Shown in pieces: positions 16,440 through 25,104 of a stretch of 33,979 bases of DNA (position 1 is the stretch's first letter; each line of letters begins with the position of its first letter). Source of the DNA: Oscillospiraceae bacterium (GTDB lineage: Bacteria > Bacillota > Clostridia > Oscillospirales > Oscillospiraceae). The notes below the pieces were generated by a model. The model saw nothing but the letters and a program-made list of their open reading frames with translations, had not been told where the DNA came from and searched no databases. The position numbers and the translations under genes were made by a program. The DNA is taken from positions 1 through 33,979 of the forward strand of contig JAGDDB010000173.1 of assembly GCA_017958265.1 (NCBI GenBank), read 5' to 3'.

Positions 16440-17726
16440 ATGAATACGGAAGAAAAACTGAAAATATTGGCCGATGCGGCGAAATACGATGTGGCGTGCA
16501 CTTCGAGCGGAGCTCAAAGGCAAGGCAGGAAAGGCTATACGGGCAGCGCTTCGGCGGCTGGCTGCTGTCACAGCTTTACGGCCGACGGAAGATGCGTTTC
16601 GCTTCTGAAAGTGCTTATGACGAATGTCTGCGCATATGACTGCGCATACTGCGTAAACAGGCGCAGCAATGATGTGCCGAGGGCGGCCTTTACGCCGAGA
16701 GAGCTTGCGGAACTGACCATGCAGTTTTACCGCAGAAACTACATCGAGGGGCTGTTCCTCAGCTCGGCGGTGATGCGGGATCCGGATCATACCACGGAAC
16801 AGCTTATAAGCGTACTGAGACTGCTCAGGACGGAGTACAGATTCAGGGGATATATACACGCAAAGGCCATACCGGGGACAGATCCGCGCCTGATAGAGGA
16901 GCTGGGCACGCTTGCGGACAGAATGAGCGTTAATATTGAACTTCCGTCGGAACAGAGCCTTAAGCTGCTGGCGCCGGATAAAACCAAGGAAGGCATACTC
17001 GGCTCCATGAAGCGGATAAGCGACGGGATAAAAGAAAACAGCGAGGCTCTCGTGAAATACCGCTCAGCTCCTCAATTCGCGAGAGCCGGGCAGAGCACTC
17101 AGATGATCGTGGGAGCGACGCCGGAGAGCGATCGGAAGATACTTGCTCTTGCGGAGGGACTTTATAAGAAGTACGGACTGAAAAGGGTTTTCTTTTCGGC
17201 ATATATACCCGTGACAGAGGGGCGCGGGCTGCCCGCGGCGGATACCAGACCGCCGCTGATGCGCGAACACAGGCTCTATCAGGCGGACTGGCTGCTGCGG
17301 TTTTACGGATTTTCGGCCGAAGAAATACTCGATGAAGCGCATCCGTATTTCAATACGCTTATCGATCCGAAATGCAACTGGGCGCTCAACCATATGGAGC
17401 TTTTTCCGGTGGAAGTAAACAGCGAGGCTTATGAAATGCTGCTGAGAGTGCCGGGAATAGGGGTAAAGGGAGCGAGACGGATCGTTGCCGCCAGACGGAG
17501 CTCGGCGCTGGATTTTGACGATCTGAAAAAACTCGGGGTAACACTGAAAAGAGCCAAATACTTCATAACCTGCCGGGGAAGGGCGCTGCCCGGCCTGAAC
17601 ATGCGCCCCGATGTGATAGCGGGAGAACTGATGAGCTCAAACGTATGTAAAGATCTGCCCGAGGCGGAACAGTTGAGTTTATTCGATGCGGAGGAATACA
17701 GAAAATGTCTGACGGGACAGCTGTGA
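16440..17726 (+). CDS. Putative DNA modification/repair radical SAM protein (TIGR03916-like) with C-terminal helix-hairpin-helix
   Basis: CxxxCxxC motif CAYDCAYC (16629-16652). Extra N-terminal Cys residues occur in DVAC, GCCH and GRC. HhH motif is LLRVPGIGVKGARRIV. Confidence 0.85.
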   Translation: MNTEEKLKILADAAKYDVACTSSGAQRQGRKGYTGSASAAGCCHSFTADGRCVSLLKVLMTNVCAYDCAYCVNRRSNDVPRAAFTPRELAELTMQFYRRNYIEGLFLSSAVMRDPDHTTEQLISVLRLLRTEYRFRGYIHAKAIPGTDPRLIEELGTLADRMSVNIELPSEQSLKLLAPDKTKEGILGSMKRISDGIKENSEALVKYRSAPQFARAGQSTQMIVGATPESDRKILALAEGLYKKYGLKRVFFSAYIPVTEGRGLPAADTRPPLMREHRLYQADWLLRFYGFSAEEILDEAHPYFNTLIDPKCNWALNHMELFPVEVNSEAYEMLLRVPGIGVKGARRIVAARRSSALDFDDLKKLGVTLKRAKYFITCRGRALPGLNMRPDVIAGELMSSNVCKDLPEAEQLSLFDAEEYRKCLTGQL

Positions 17727-18505
17727 TATATGTTTATGACGGCAGCTTTGACGGCCTTATGTGCTGTGTAGGGGAGAGCCTGCGCCGCGGGGAGAGGCCG
17801 GAGGATATAATACTTCCCGCCGACCTGCAGGAAACGCTTTTTCCTACGGTGGTCATCGGGACTGACATCGGCCTGTCAAAAAAAACAACGAGCCTCATAC
17901 GCGAGCGCATAGGCGCCCGGACGCTGGCGTTTATAAAACGAGTTTATCTTACCCGCATGGAGCGCAGGGAAACGGCGATACTTGATTTCATCCTGAAAAG
18001 TTTTGCGCAGGGCAAAAGCCTGCTCGGAGATATGGTCTCGGAGCAGGTCCTGCCCATGATAAAGGCCGTGAGACATCTGAACAACGAAGCCGAGCTCTTG
18101 AAGGGATTTATCAGATTTTCGGATATGGACGGTGTGCTCGTATCCGTTATAAAGCCCGAAAACCAGGTGCTGCCGCTGCTTGCCCGGCATTTTTGCGACA
18201 GGTTTCCGGACAGCAGGATACTCATATATGACGAGGGCAGGGGCGAGGTCCTTTTGTGCGGCGAGGGAAAGAGCAGCATAGGATATATAGACGATTTTAA
18301 GCTGCCTCGACTTTCTGCGGAGGAAAAAAATTACCGCGCCCTATGGCAGAGCTTTTATGAAACGGCTGCCATAAAGGAGCGGTATAACCCGAAGTGCCGC
18401 TCGGGACACATGCCAAAGCGGTATTGGGCGTATATGACGGAGTTTTGCAGGCGGGAGAGATATGTGCCTCAAAGCGAACTGACGGAGCCGTCCGACTCCG
18501 CCTGA
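17705..18505 (+). CDS. DUF4130 / TIGR03915-like probable DNA metabolism protein, the obligate partner of the radical SAM protein
   Basis: N-terminus VIYVYDGSFDGLMCCV and C-terminus LWQSFYETAAIKERYNPKCRSGHMPKRYWAYMTEF are typical of the family. It overlaps the upstream gene by 22 nt. Confidence 0.8.
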   Translation: MSDGTAVIYVYDGSFDGLMCCVGESLRRGERPEDIILPADLQETLFPTVVIGTDIGLSKKTTSLIRERIGARTLAFIKRVYLTRMERRETAILDFILKSFAQGKSLLGDMVSEQVLPMIKAVRHLNNEAELLKGFIRFSDMDGVLVSVIKPENQVLPLLARHFCDRFPDSRILIYDEGRGEVLLCGEGKSSIGYIDDFKLPRLSAEEKNYRALWQSFYETAAIKERYNPKCRSGHMPKRYWAYMTEFCRRERYVPQSELTEPSDSA

Positions 18506-18527
18506 GACCTCGGGAGTATTGCAAAAT

Positions 18528-18571
18528 ATGCCCGTTCCTTCTTGACCGTATATGCGGGAAGGAACGGGCAT
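18528..18571. terminator. Bidirectional terminator between convergent genes
   Basis: 14-bp perfect stem ATGCCCGTTCCTTC / GAAGGAACGGGCAT. On the + strand TTATTTTTT follows; on the - strand ATTTT follows. Confidence 0.75.
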
Positions 18572-18575
18572 AGGC

Positions 18576-18812
18576 TTATTTTTTCCCGAAGAGGCCGCCG
18601 ATTTTTCCGAGAAGATCTCCGGCCTGATCGATATTCAGCTTGGCCTTTACACCCGCGACAAGAGACTCAAGCTGTTCCGAGGGAAGATCGACGCCTCCGA
18701 GCAGACCTTTTACCGCGCCGATGGGGTCCTTGGTGAACTTCTCCAAAAGGCTCTTGTCCCCGCTGATTTTTTTCACCAGTTCTTCGATTTTTCCCTTGAT
18801 GTCGAAATCCAT
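18576..18812 (-). CDS. Small (78 aa) Lys/Leu/Gly-rich predicted helical protein, function unknown
   Basis: SD GTGAGGA lies 7 nt before the ATG. The ORF has no Cys or aromatic core and ends in GGLFGKK. It is bounded by hairpin terminators on both sides. Confidence 0.6.
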   Translation of the reverse strand: MDFDIKGKIEELVKKISGDKSLLEKFTKDPIGAVKGLLGGVDLPSEQLESLVAGVKAKLNIDQAGDLLGKIGGLFGKK

Positions 18813-18863
18813 AAAAATATCCTCACTTTCAAAGAATGATCATGCCGCTGTCTGTCAAAAGAA

Positions 18864-18914
18864 AAAGGCGTTGCCTCTCAATAGCAGGTCTTGCTGTTTT
18901 GATACAACGCCTTT
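18864..18914 (-). terminator. Terminator after asd
   Basis: AAAGGCGTTG (18864-18873) pairs with CAACGCCTTT (18905-18914), with an inner hairpin. On the minus strand TTTTTCTTTT follows. Confidence 0.65.
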
Positions 18915-18933
18915 TGCCCGTAAAGGGATGCCG

Positions 18934-20010
18934 TTAAATGTAGTTCTTTGCGCAAAGCAGCTCCGCAAGCAGTACAGCGCCGCCGGCAGCGCCGCGGAGA
19001 GTATTGTGGCTGAGACATACGAATTTATAATCGTACTGGGTGTCCTCGCGCAATCTGCCCACGGATATCGCCATGCCGTTTTCGAGGTTGCGGTGCAGCT
19101 TGGTCTGCGGCATGTTGTCTTCCTCGAAATAATGGAGAAACTTCTTGGGGGCAGAGGGCAGGCCGAGCTCATCGGGCAGGCTCTTGAAATTGTTCCATGC
19201 GTCGAGGATCTCGTCCTTGGAGGGCTTGTTTTTGAAAGAGGCGAAAACGGCGGCCATGTGACCGTTTGATACCGGAACGCGCAGACACTGCGCGGTGATG
19301 GCGGGACTGTCGGCATTTACAATGACGCCGTTTTCGACACGGCCCCAAAGCTTCATGGGCTCGCGTTCGGATTTCTCCTCTTCGCCGCCGATATAAGGAA
19401 TAACATTGTCGATCATTTCCGGCCAGGTATCAAAGGTCTTGCCGGCGCCCGAAATGGCCTGATAGGTACATACGAGCACCTTGTCGAGACCGTAGCCGCG
19501 CAGAGGATGCAGGGCGGGGACATAGCTCTGCAGGGAGCAGTTGGATTTTACGGCGATAAAGCCGCGCTTCGTGCCGAGACGCCTGCGCTGGCTCTCTATG
19601 ACCTCGATATGCTCGGGATTGATCTCCGGCACCACCATGGGCACGTCGGGAGTCCAGCGATGGGCGCTGTTGTTGGATACAACGGGGCATTCCAGCTTTG
19701 CATATTTTTCTTCAAGAGCGAGGATCTCGTCTTTTTTCATGTCGACGGCCGAAAAAACGAAATCGACGGCAGCGGCTATCTTTTCCGCATCGGCGTCGGC
19801 ATCCATTATAACGAGCTGCTTGGAGCTTTCCGGAGCGGGAGTATCCAACAGCCAGCGTCCGGCCATGACGTCGCCGTATTTCTTTCCGGCGCTTCGGGGG
19901 CTGGCGGCCACGACGGCAAGCTCAAACCAGGGGTGTTTGTCGATGAGGGTAACAAAACGCTGTCCCACCATACCTGTTGCTCCTATAACTCCGACCTTGT
20001 ATTTTTTCAT
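18934..20010 (-). CDS. asd: Aspartate-semialdehyde dehydrogenase
   Basis: N-terminal Rossmann fold VGVIGATGMVGQRF, active-site region KSNCSLQ, SNNSAHR, and SHNTLRGAAGGAVL. SD AAAGGAG lies 8 nt before ATG 20010; the track ORF starts at GTG 20019. Confidence 0.9.
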   Translation of the reverse strand: MKKYKVGVIGATGMVGQRFVTLIDKHPWFELAVVAASPRSAGKKYGDVMAGRWLLDTPAPESSKQLVIMDADADAEKIAAAVDFVFSAVDMKKDEILALEEKYAKLECPVVSNNSAHRWTPDVPMVVPEINPEHIEVIESQRRRLGTKRGFIAVKSNCSLQSYVPALHPLRGYGLDKVLVCTYQAISGAGKTFDTWPEMIDNVIPYIGGEEEKSEREPMKLWGRVENGVIVNADSPAITAQCLRVPVSNGHMAAVFASFKNKPSKDEILDAWNNFKSLPDELGLPSAPKKFLHYFEEDNMPQTKLHRNLENGMAISVGRLREDTQYDYKFVCLSHNTLRGAAGGAVLLAELLCAKNYI

Positions 20011-20167
20011 AGTTGTCACTCCTTTGATCCGTGATAGTCGAATAAATTCTTCTTGAACACCCGTTCTTATTTCGCTATAATAACCGCATGGCGGTCATTG
20101 CGCGACGCAGCCCGGGTATTTGGGCCGAGGCGCGTAAATACGGAACGATAAGTAATACGATAGTGCG

Positions 20168-20197
20168 ATAATACCACTTACGATTATTTGATGTCAA
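20168..20197 (-). promoter_or_regulatory. Sigma-A promoter for asd, giving a ~150-nt leader
   Basis: On the minus strand: TTGACA (20192-20197), 18-nt spacer ending in TGG (TGn-type extended -10), TATTAT (20168-20173). Confidence 0.6.
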
Positions 20198-20209
20198 TGG
20201 TGTTTTGAT

Positions 20210-21925
20210 ATGATAAAAGCGAGAATTAAAAATATCGCCGCGGCGCTGCTGATATCGGCGATCATCCTGCCGCTGATATCTGTGCGGATGGCCGACAGCA
20301 ACGCGTTTGAAGATCCCGTAAGCCATATAAGGATAGGCCTGAGATGGGGCAGCGCGGCGTCCGCCTCGGCAAACCTGCTGAATTACACCGGCAGCGGTTA
20401 CTTCTTCGGATATTTTGACGGAGACCGTGAGTTCATCAGGCTCGGCGAAACGGATAAGACCGCGATCACCATGATGAAGGATTGGAACATGTACCGCTAT
20501 TCCGGCGCATGGCACGATTCCGCGCCGTCGTCGGGGAGCGCGATATGCGTAGGCTGCTATCATCTGCGCCTGGAGCCCGCCTATGACAGCGCGGAAGCTG
20601 TCGAGGAAGCAATGTACGACGCCGAGGGGAATAAGTATATTTCCGACAGCTTCATTGCTTATCATAACGGAGCATGGTACATATGCGCGGGAAATTATAC
20701 CGGCCTCGGATCGGCCGAAAGCGCGCTGAGTTCAAGAGGGCTTGACGGCACTGCAATGACGGCAAGCTCGCGCTGCGTAACGGTCGTTGAAACCGAGACC
20801 GGAGAGATACTGTTCCAATTTGACTGCGGCGAAGATTATTCTCTGGCCGTCATGCCGAAGGCAGAGAACGGAGAAAAAGCCCTCACATGGTTTCAGGGCT
20901 ATAAATATTACGGAGGCTTTCAGTATACCAGGCTCGACGGAGGCGACCTTACGGTCGTGAACTTTATCGGGATGAGCGATTACGTAAAGGGAGTCATACC
21001 GTATGAAATGAATCCCTCATGGCCCGTTGAGGCGCTTAAGGCCCAGGCGGTCACTGCAAGGACATATGCCGCGGCACATTTGAACGCGCACAAAAAGAAC
21101 GGATTTGATCTGTGTGACGACGTATGCTGCCAGGCATATCGCGGCGCCAACAGCGCCACGGAAGTCAGCGATCGCGCCGTTGAAGAGACCGACGGGGTAT
21201 ATCTGACCTATGACGGGGATTACGCCAATACATTTTATTATTCCAGCAACGGCGGCGCTACCGAGGACTGCCAAAATGTTTTTTATGAGGATATACCCTA
21301 CCTTAAGGGGAAACGCGATCCGTATGAGGATTATGTTGAAACGGGGTATAAAAACTGGAGTTATACATACACCGCTTCTGATATAACCAATATACTCCAG
21401 GCTAAAGGATATGCCTGCGCTTCGATAGTATCGGTCACGCCCACATATACTGCCAGCGGAAATATCTACTCCATCAAATTCACGGACGCCAACGGCGTGA
21501 ACTGGACGTTTTCGAAAGACAGGGCCGGGAGCATTCTGTACAGCTCCTCTTACGGGAAATATACTTTCAGTCAGCATTTCACCATCACCGACGGCAAGGG
21601 CGGGACCGACGAGATTTTTATAAACACATCCGCCGACAGAATAAGCGCCGGGAACGAGAGGACGTTATACGCAATAAACGGATACGGCGTCACGGATGAA
21701 CTGACCGGTATGGAGGGAAGGGCGGTCATAACCTCCGCGGGCGTGACGGTCCTTTCGCTTATGAACAGCGGACAGCCTATTTATTCCGACAAGTACGTCG
21801 TGACGGGTTCGGGCTGGGGCCACAACGTAGGAATGAGTCAGTACGGTGCGAAAGCAATGGCCGAGCTCGGATACGGCTATGAAGATATACTTGATTTCTA
21901 TTATACGGGCGCTTCGATAGGCTGA
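20210..21925 (+). CDS. Secreted or membrane-anchored SpoIID/LytB-domain protein
   Basis: N-terminal signal/anchor IAAALLISAIILPLISV. SpoIID core motifs are VKGVIPYEMNPSWPVEALKAQAVTARTYA, CDDVCCQAYRG and YSSNGGATE. Confidence 0.85.
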   Translation: MIKARIKNIAAALLISAIILPLISVRMADSNAFEDPVSHIRIGLRWGSAASASANLLNYTGSGYFFGYFDGDREFIRLGETDKTAITMMKDWNMYRYSGAWHDSAPSSGSAICVGCYHLRLEPAYDSAEAVEEAMYDAEGNKYISDSFIAYHNGAWYICAGNYTGLGSAESALSSRGLDGTAMTASSRCVTVVETETGEILFQFDCGEDYSLAVMPKAENGEKALTWFQGYKYYGGFQYTRLDGGDLTVVNFIGMSDYVKGVIPYEMNPSWPVEALKAQAVTARTYAAAHLNAHKKNGFDLCDDVCCQAYRGANSATEVSDRAVEETDGVYLTYDGDYANTFYYSSNGGATEDCQNVFYEDIPYLKGKRDPYEDYVETGYKNWSYTYTASDITNILQAKGYACASIVSVTPTYTASGNIYSIKFTDANGVNWTFSKDRAGSILYSSSYGKYTFSQHFTITDGKGGTDEIFINTSADRISAGNERTLYAINGYGVTDELTGMEGRAVITSAGVTVLSLMNSGQPIYSDKYVVTGSGWGHNVGMSQYGAKAMAELGYGYEDILDFYYTGASIG

Positions 21926-21946
21926 AGCGTGTTCCGAGGAAAAAAC

Positions 21947-22969
21947 ATGAAAACGAAAGATTTTTATTATGAGCTTCCTCCGGAGCTTATTGCGCAGACG
22001 CCTTTGGAAAAACGCGACCGGTCGCGTCTTATGCTTGTGAGCCGTAACGGCGGTGAGCCCCGGCACGGCGTTTTCTCCGATCTTCCTCAGTATCTCCGCG
22101 AAGGAGACTGCATCGTGTTCAACGATTCGAGAGTGATACCCGCAAGACTGTTCGGGAAGAGGAGCAGCGGCGGCAGCGTTGAAGTGCTTTTGTTCAACGA
22201 TAAGGGCGGAGGAGTTTGGGAAGCCCTGACAAGACCGGGAAGAAAGACGCCGGAAGGCACGCGGATATCTTTCGGCGACGGCGAGCTGACTGCCGTCGTC
22301 ACCGGGAGAGGCAGCGACGGACTCAAGCTTTTGAAATTCGAATATGACGGAGTATTTCTCGAAATCCTCGAAAAACTCGGCAGAACTCCGCTGCCGCCGT
22401 ATATCAGGCAGGAGCTTGAGGACTCGGAGCGGTATCAGACGGTGTATTCAAAGCATCCCGGCTCGGCTGCAGCGCCGACGGCCGGCCTTCATTTTACCGA
22501 AGAGCTTATGCAGCGGCTCAAAGAAAAGGGCGTTGAACTGTGCTATGTTACGCTGCATGTCGGTCTCGGGACTTTCAGGCCGGTAAAAGCCGAGGATATC
22601 GCGGACCATGAAATGCACGCGGAATACTGTCATATAGACGCCGAAACGGCGGAAAGAATAAACAGGGCAAAAAGAGAAAACAGACGCGTTATCGCATGCG
22701 GCACTACATCGTGCCGCACCATTGAGGCCGTTGCGGATGAAGACGGGTTTTTAAAAGAGTTTTCGGGACTTGTCAATATCTTTATATATCCGGGCTACCG
22801 TTTTAAGTGTACGGACGCCTTGATAACCAATTTCCACCTGCCGGAAAGCACTCTGCTCATGCTTGTGTCGGCTTTGGCGGGCAGAGAAAACATTCTGCAT
22901 GCCTATGAGATCGCGGTCAGGGAAAAATACAGATTTTTCAGCTTCGGCGACGCCATGTTCATTTCATAA
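21947..22969 (+). CDS. queA: S-adenosylmethionine:tRNA ribosyltransferase-isomerase
   Basis: MKTKDFYYELPPELIAQTPLEKRDRSRLM is the typical QueA N-terminus. SD GAGGA lies 6 nt before ATG 21947; the track ORF starts at 21929. Confidence 0.95.
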   Translation: MKTKDFYYELPPELIAQTPLEKRDRSRLMLVSRNGGEPRHGVFSDLPQYLREGDCIVFNDSRVIPARLFGKRSSGGSVEVLLFNDKGGGVWEALTRPGRKTPEGTRISFGDGELTAVVTGRGSDGLKLLKFEYDGVFLEILEKLGRTPLPPYIRQELEDSERYQTVYSKHPGSAAAPTAGLHFTEELMQRLKEKGVELCYVTLHVGLGTFRPVKAEDIADHEMHAEYCHIDAETAERINRAKRENRRVIACGTTSCRTIEAVADEDGFLKEFSGLVNIFIYPGYRFKCTDALITNFHLPESTLLMLVSALAGRENILHAYEIAVREKYRFFSFGDAMFIS

Positions 22970-22995
22970 TCCGTTGCCGAAAAAGGAAGCTAATC

Positions 22996-24132
22996 ATGGA
23001 ATTTCGAATTATAAGAAAAGAGGGACGTGCCCGAAGGGGAGAATTCGACACCGCTCACGGGACCGTTCAGACGCCTGTTTTTATGAATGTCGGAACACAG
23101 GCTGCGGTAAAAGGCGGCGTATCAGCGGAGGATCTTGAGGCCATAGACTGCCGTGTGGAGCTGTCGAACACTTATCATCTTCACCTGCGTCCGGGAGAAC
23201 AGGTCATCCGCGATTTCGGCGGTCTGCACGGTTTTATGAAGTGGGACAGACCGATATTGACCGACAGCGGCGGATTTCAGATCTATTCCCTTGCAAAACT
23301 GCGAAAGATCAAGGAAGAGGGAGTATATTTCAGTTCCCACCTGGACGGCCGCAAAATATTCATGTCTCCGGAAAACAGCATACAGATACAGTCCGCGCTC
23401 GGATCCGATATTGCCATGGCCTTTGATGAATGCGTGGAGATACCTTCGCCGAAAAAATATGTTGCCGATTCATGCGACAGAACATATCGCTGGCTCGTTC
23501 GCTGCAGAGACGAGCTGGAAAGGCTCAACTCTCTTGAAGGCACCGTCAATCCCGATCAGCAGCTTTTCGGCATAAATCAGGGCACCGTATTCAAGGATCT
23601 GCGCATAGAGCATATGGAAAAGATCGCGGAGCTTGATCTTCCGGGCTACGGTATCGGGGGACTGTCTGTCGGGGAAACGACGGAGGAAATGTATGAAACG
23701 CTCGATGCGGTCCTGCCTCATGCGCCGGAAAATAAGCCGAGATATCTGATGGGCGTAGGCACTCCGGAAAACATAGTCGAGGGTGTTTGGCGAGGCGTCG
23801 ATTTCTTCGATTGCGTCATGCCGGCGCGCAACGGCAGACACGGAAAGCTTTATACGCGTTTCGGCACTATAAATATCAAAAACGAAAAATATACCGGTGA
23901 TGAGCTGCCGATAGACGAGCAGTGCGGATGCCCCGTTTGCAGGCGCTATTCCAGAGGATATCTCAGGCATCTGTTCAAGGCCGAGGAAGTGCTTGCGCTG
24001 CGTTTCGGTGTGCTGCATAATCTGTGGTACTACAATCATCTTACCGAAGATATTCGTTCGGCGCTTGAACGCGGAGAATTTGAAAAATGGCGTAATGAAT
24101 TTTACAGCCTGAGAGAAGCGGGGGAGCGATAA
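22996..24132 (+). CDS. tgt: Queuine tRNA-ribosyltransferase
   Basis: TDSGGFQ, GIGGLSVGE, and the zinc site CGCPVCRRYSRGYLRHL. Confidence 0.95.
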   Translation: MEFRIIRKEGRARRGEFDTAHGTVQTPVFMNVGTQAAVKGGVSAEDLEAIDCRVELSNTYHLHLRPGEQVIRDFGGLHGFMKWDRPILTDSGGFQIYSLAKLRKIKEEGVYFSSHLDGRKIFMSPENSIQIQSALGSDIAMAFDECVEIPSPKKYVADSCDRTYRWLVRCRDELERLNSLEGTVNPDQQLFGINQGTVFKDLRIEHMEKIAELDLPGYGIGGLSVGETTEEMYETLDAVLPHAPENKPRYLMGVGTPENIVEGVWRGVDFFDCVMPARNGRHGKLYTRFGTINIKNEKYTGDELPIDEQCGCPVCRRYSRGYLRHLFKAEEVLALRFGVLHNLWYYNHLTEDIRSALERGEFEKWRNEFYSLREAGER

Positions 24133-24173
24133 AACCGATCTCGGATCCCTTTGCCTATGACGATAAATTGTAA

Positions 24174-24203
24174 TTGACAACATTTTGCACTTAAGTATAT
24201 AAT
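24174..24203 (+). promoter_or_regulatory. Near-consensus sigma-A promoter for yajC
   Basis: TTGACA (24174-24179), 18-nt spacer, TATAAT (24198-24203). Confidence 0.7.
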
Positions 24204-24232
24204 CAATCAATCACATGTTGGAGGGTACCGAA

Positions 24233-24502
24233 TTGAATTACACAAGCATAATTATGATCGTCGTCCTTCTGGTCGTATTCTATTTCTTCCTTATCAGACC
24301 GGAAAACAAAAAGAAAAAGAAGCTTGAACAGATGAGAAACGAGATCAAGGTCGGAGACGAGATAACCACCATCGGCGGGATGCTGGGCAAGGTGGTAAAT
24401 GTCAAAGATGACTCCATCACCTTTGAAACCGGAGAAGACCGGGTACGCATACAGGTCGCCCGTTGGGCAATATCAAATACCGGATATAATACGCAGAGCT
24501 GA
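24233..24502 (+). CDS. yajC: Preprotein translocase subunit YajC
   Basis: One TM helix followed by LIRPENKKKKKLEQM...VGDEITTIGGMLGKVV. GGAGG (24219-24223) lies 9 nt before the in-frame TTG at 24233; the track ORF starts at ATG 24215. Confidence 0.9.
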   Translation: MNYTSIIMIVVLLVVFYFFLIRPENKKKKKLEQMRNEIKVGDEITTIGGMLGKVVNVKDDSITFETGEDRVRIQVARWAISNTGYNTQS

Positions 24503-24524
24503 TTGTTCCGATACTAAAAACGAT

Positions 24525-24573
24525 CCTCCCTCGCATATCCTATAGCAGGAATAAATGCGAGGGAGGTTTTTTT
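24525..24573 (+). terminator. Rho-independent terminator after yajC
   Basis: 12-bp stem CCTCCCTCGCAT (24525-24536) / ATGCGAGGGAGG (24555-24566), then TTTTTTT. Confidence 0.8.
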
Positions 24574-24574
24574 A

Positions 24575-24958
24575 TTGAAAGAAGGAAGAAATACGGCGAA
24601 AAAAACGGCGGTCGGAACAGCCGTGACAATATTGACCGCGCTTGTGCTCCTGCTTTTGGCTTCCTTTTTGACCGTGAGGGGAGTTTTACCCGAAGAGGCA
24701 GTGAAGCCGTGTGTTATAGCGGCCTGCGCTGTGGGAAGCATAATGGGCTCGGCGGCGGCGCGCGGAAGAAATCCGGGCCGGAGCGCGGCAGCGGCGGGGC
24801 AGGGGATAGTGTGCGCAGCGGCAGTGCTGACCGCCGGCGCGCTGCTGTCAAAAGAAAGCGGCATGGACGGCTTTGCGGCGATCGTATTGTGCACTTTGCT
24901 GATTCCGGCAGTGTCCGCGGCTCTGCTGACACGGAAGAGGCGACGTAAACACCGCTGA
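24575..24958 (+). CDS. Small polytopic membrane protein, YrzE/TIGR04086-like
   Basis: About four Ala/Gly/Leu-rich hydrophobic helices and a basic C-tail RKRRRKHR. TTG start lies 8 nt after GGAGG. Its position after yajC matches B. subtilis yrzE. Confidence 0.5.
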   Translation: MKEGRNTAKKTAVGTAVTILTALVLLLLASFLTVRGVLPEEAVKPCVIAACAVGSIMGSAAARGRNPGRSAAAAGQGIVCAAAVLTAGALLSKESGMDGFAAIVLCTLLIPAVSAALLTRKRRRKHR

Positions 24959-25104
24959 TATTACTTCCTGCAATCTAAGGATAACACGCATAAAACAATC
25001 AGTAATCAAACAATATATTGCGTTTTTAACAGCGATTGCAAGAATATGGCCACCAAATAGCGAAAAAGTCTGCCGTTGAGCTGTGAGACCGGTTTGCTTT
25101 GTTT

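Noticed and set aside
8463-16859. Other ~340-aa antisense ORFs (8463-9485, 12520-13542, 13972-15009, 15822-16859) plus the 291-aa one at 10787-11662
   Set aside because: Each lies opposite a confidently identified gene (yqfD/phoH, era, mutS2, spo0A/radical SAM). All have low-complexity Arg/Ser/Ala-rich translations.
20055-20066. Second GAAC-N4-GTTC (TGAACACCCGTTCT) as a LexA box
   Set aside because: The GC-rich spacer (ACCC) does not fit the RNRY preference. It lies ~95 nt into the asd leader, not at a promoter. One such chance hit is expected in a window of this size.
24514-24894. 126-aa minus-strand ORF opposite the YrzE-like gene
   Set aside because: It has no SD. It begins inside and ends beyond the plus-strand ORF, which has an SD at correct spacing and a coherent 4-TM profile. 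The minus ORF would also run into the yajC terminator.
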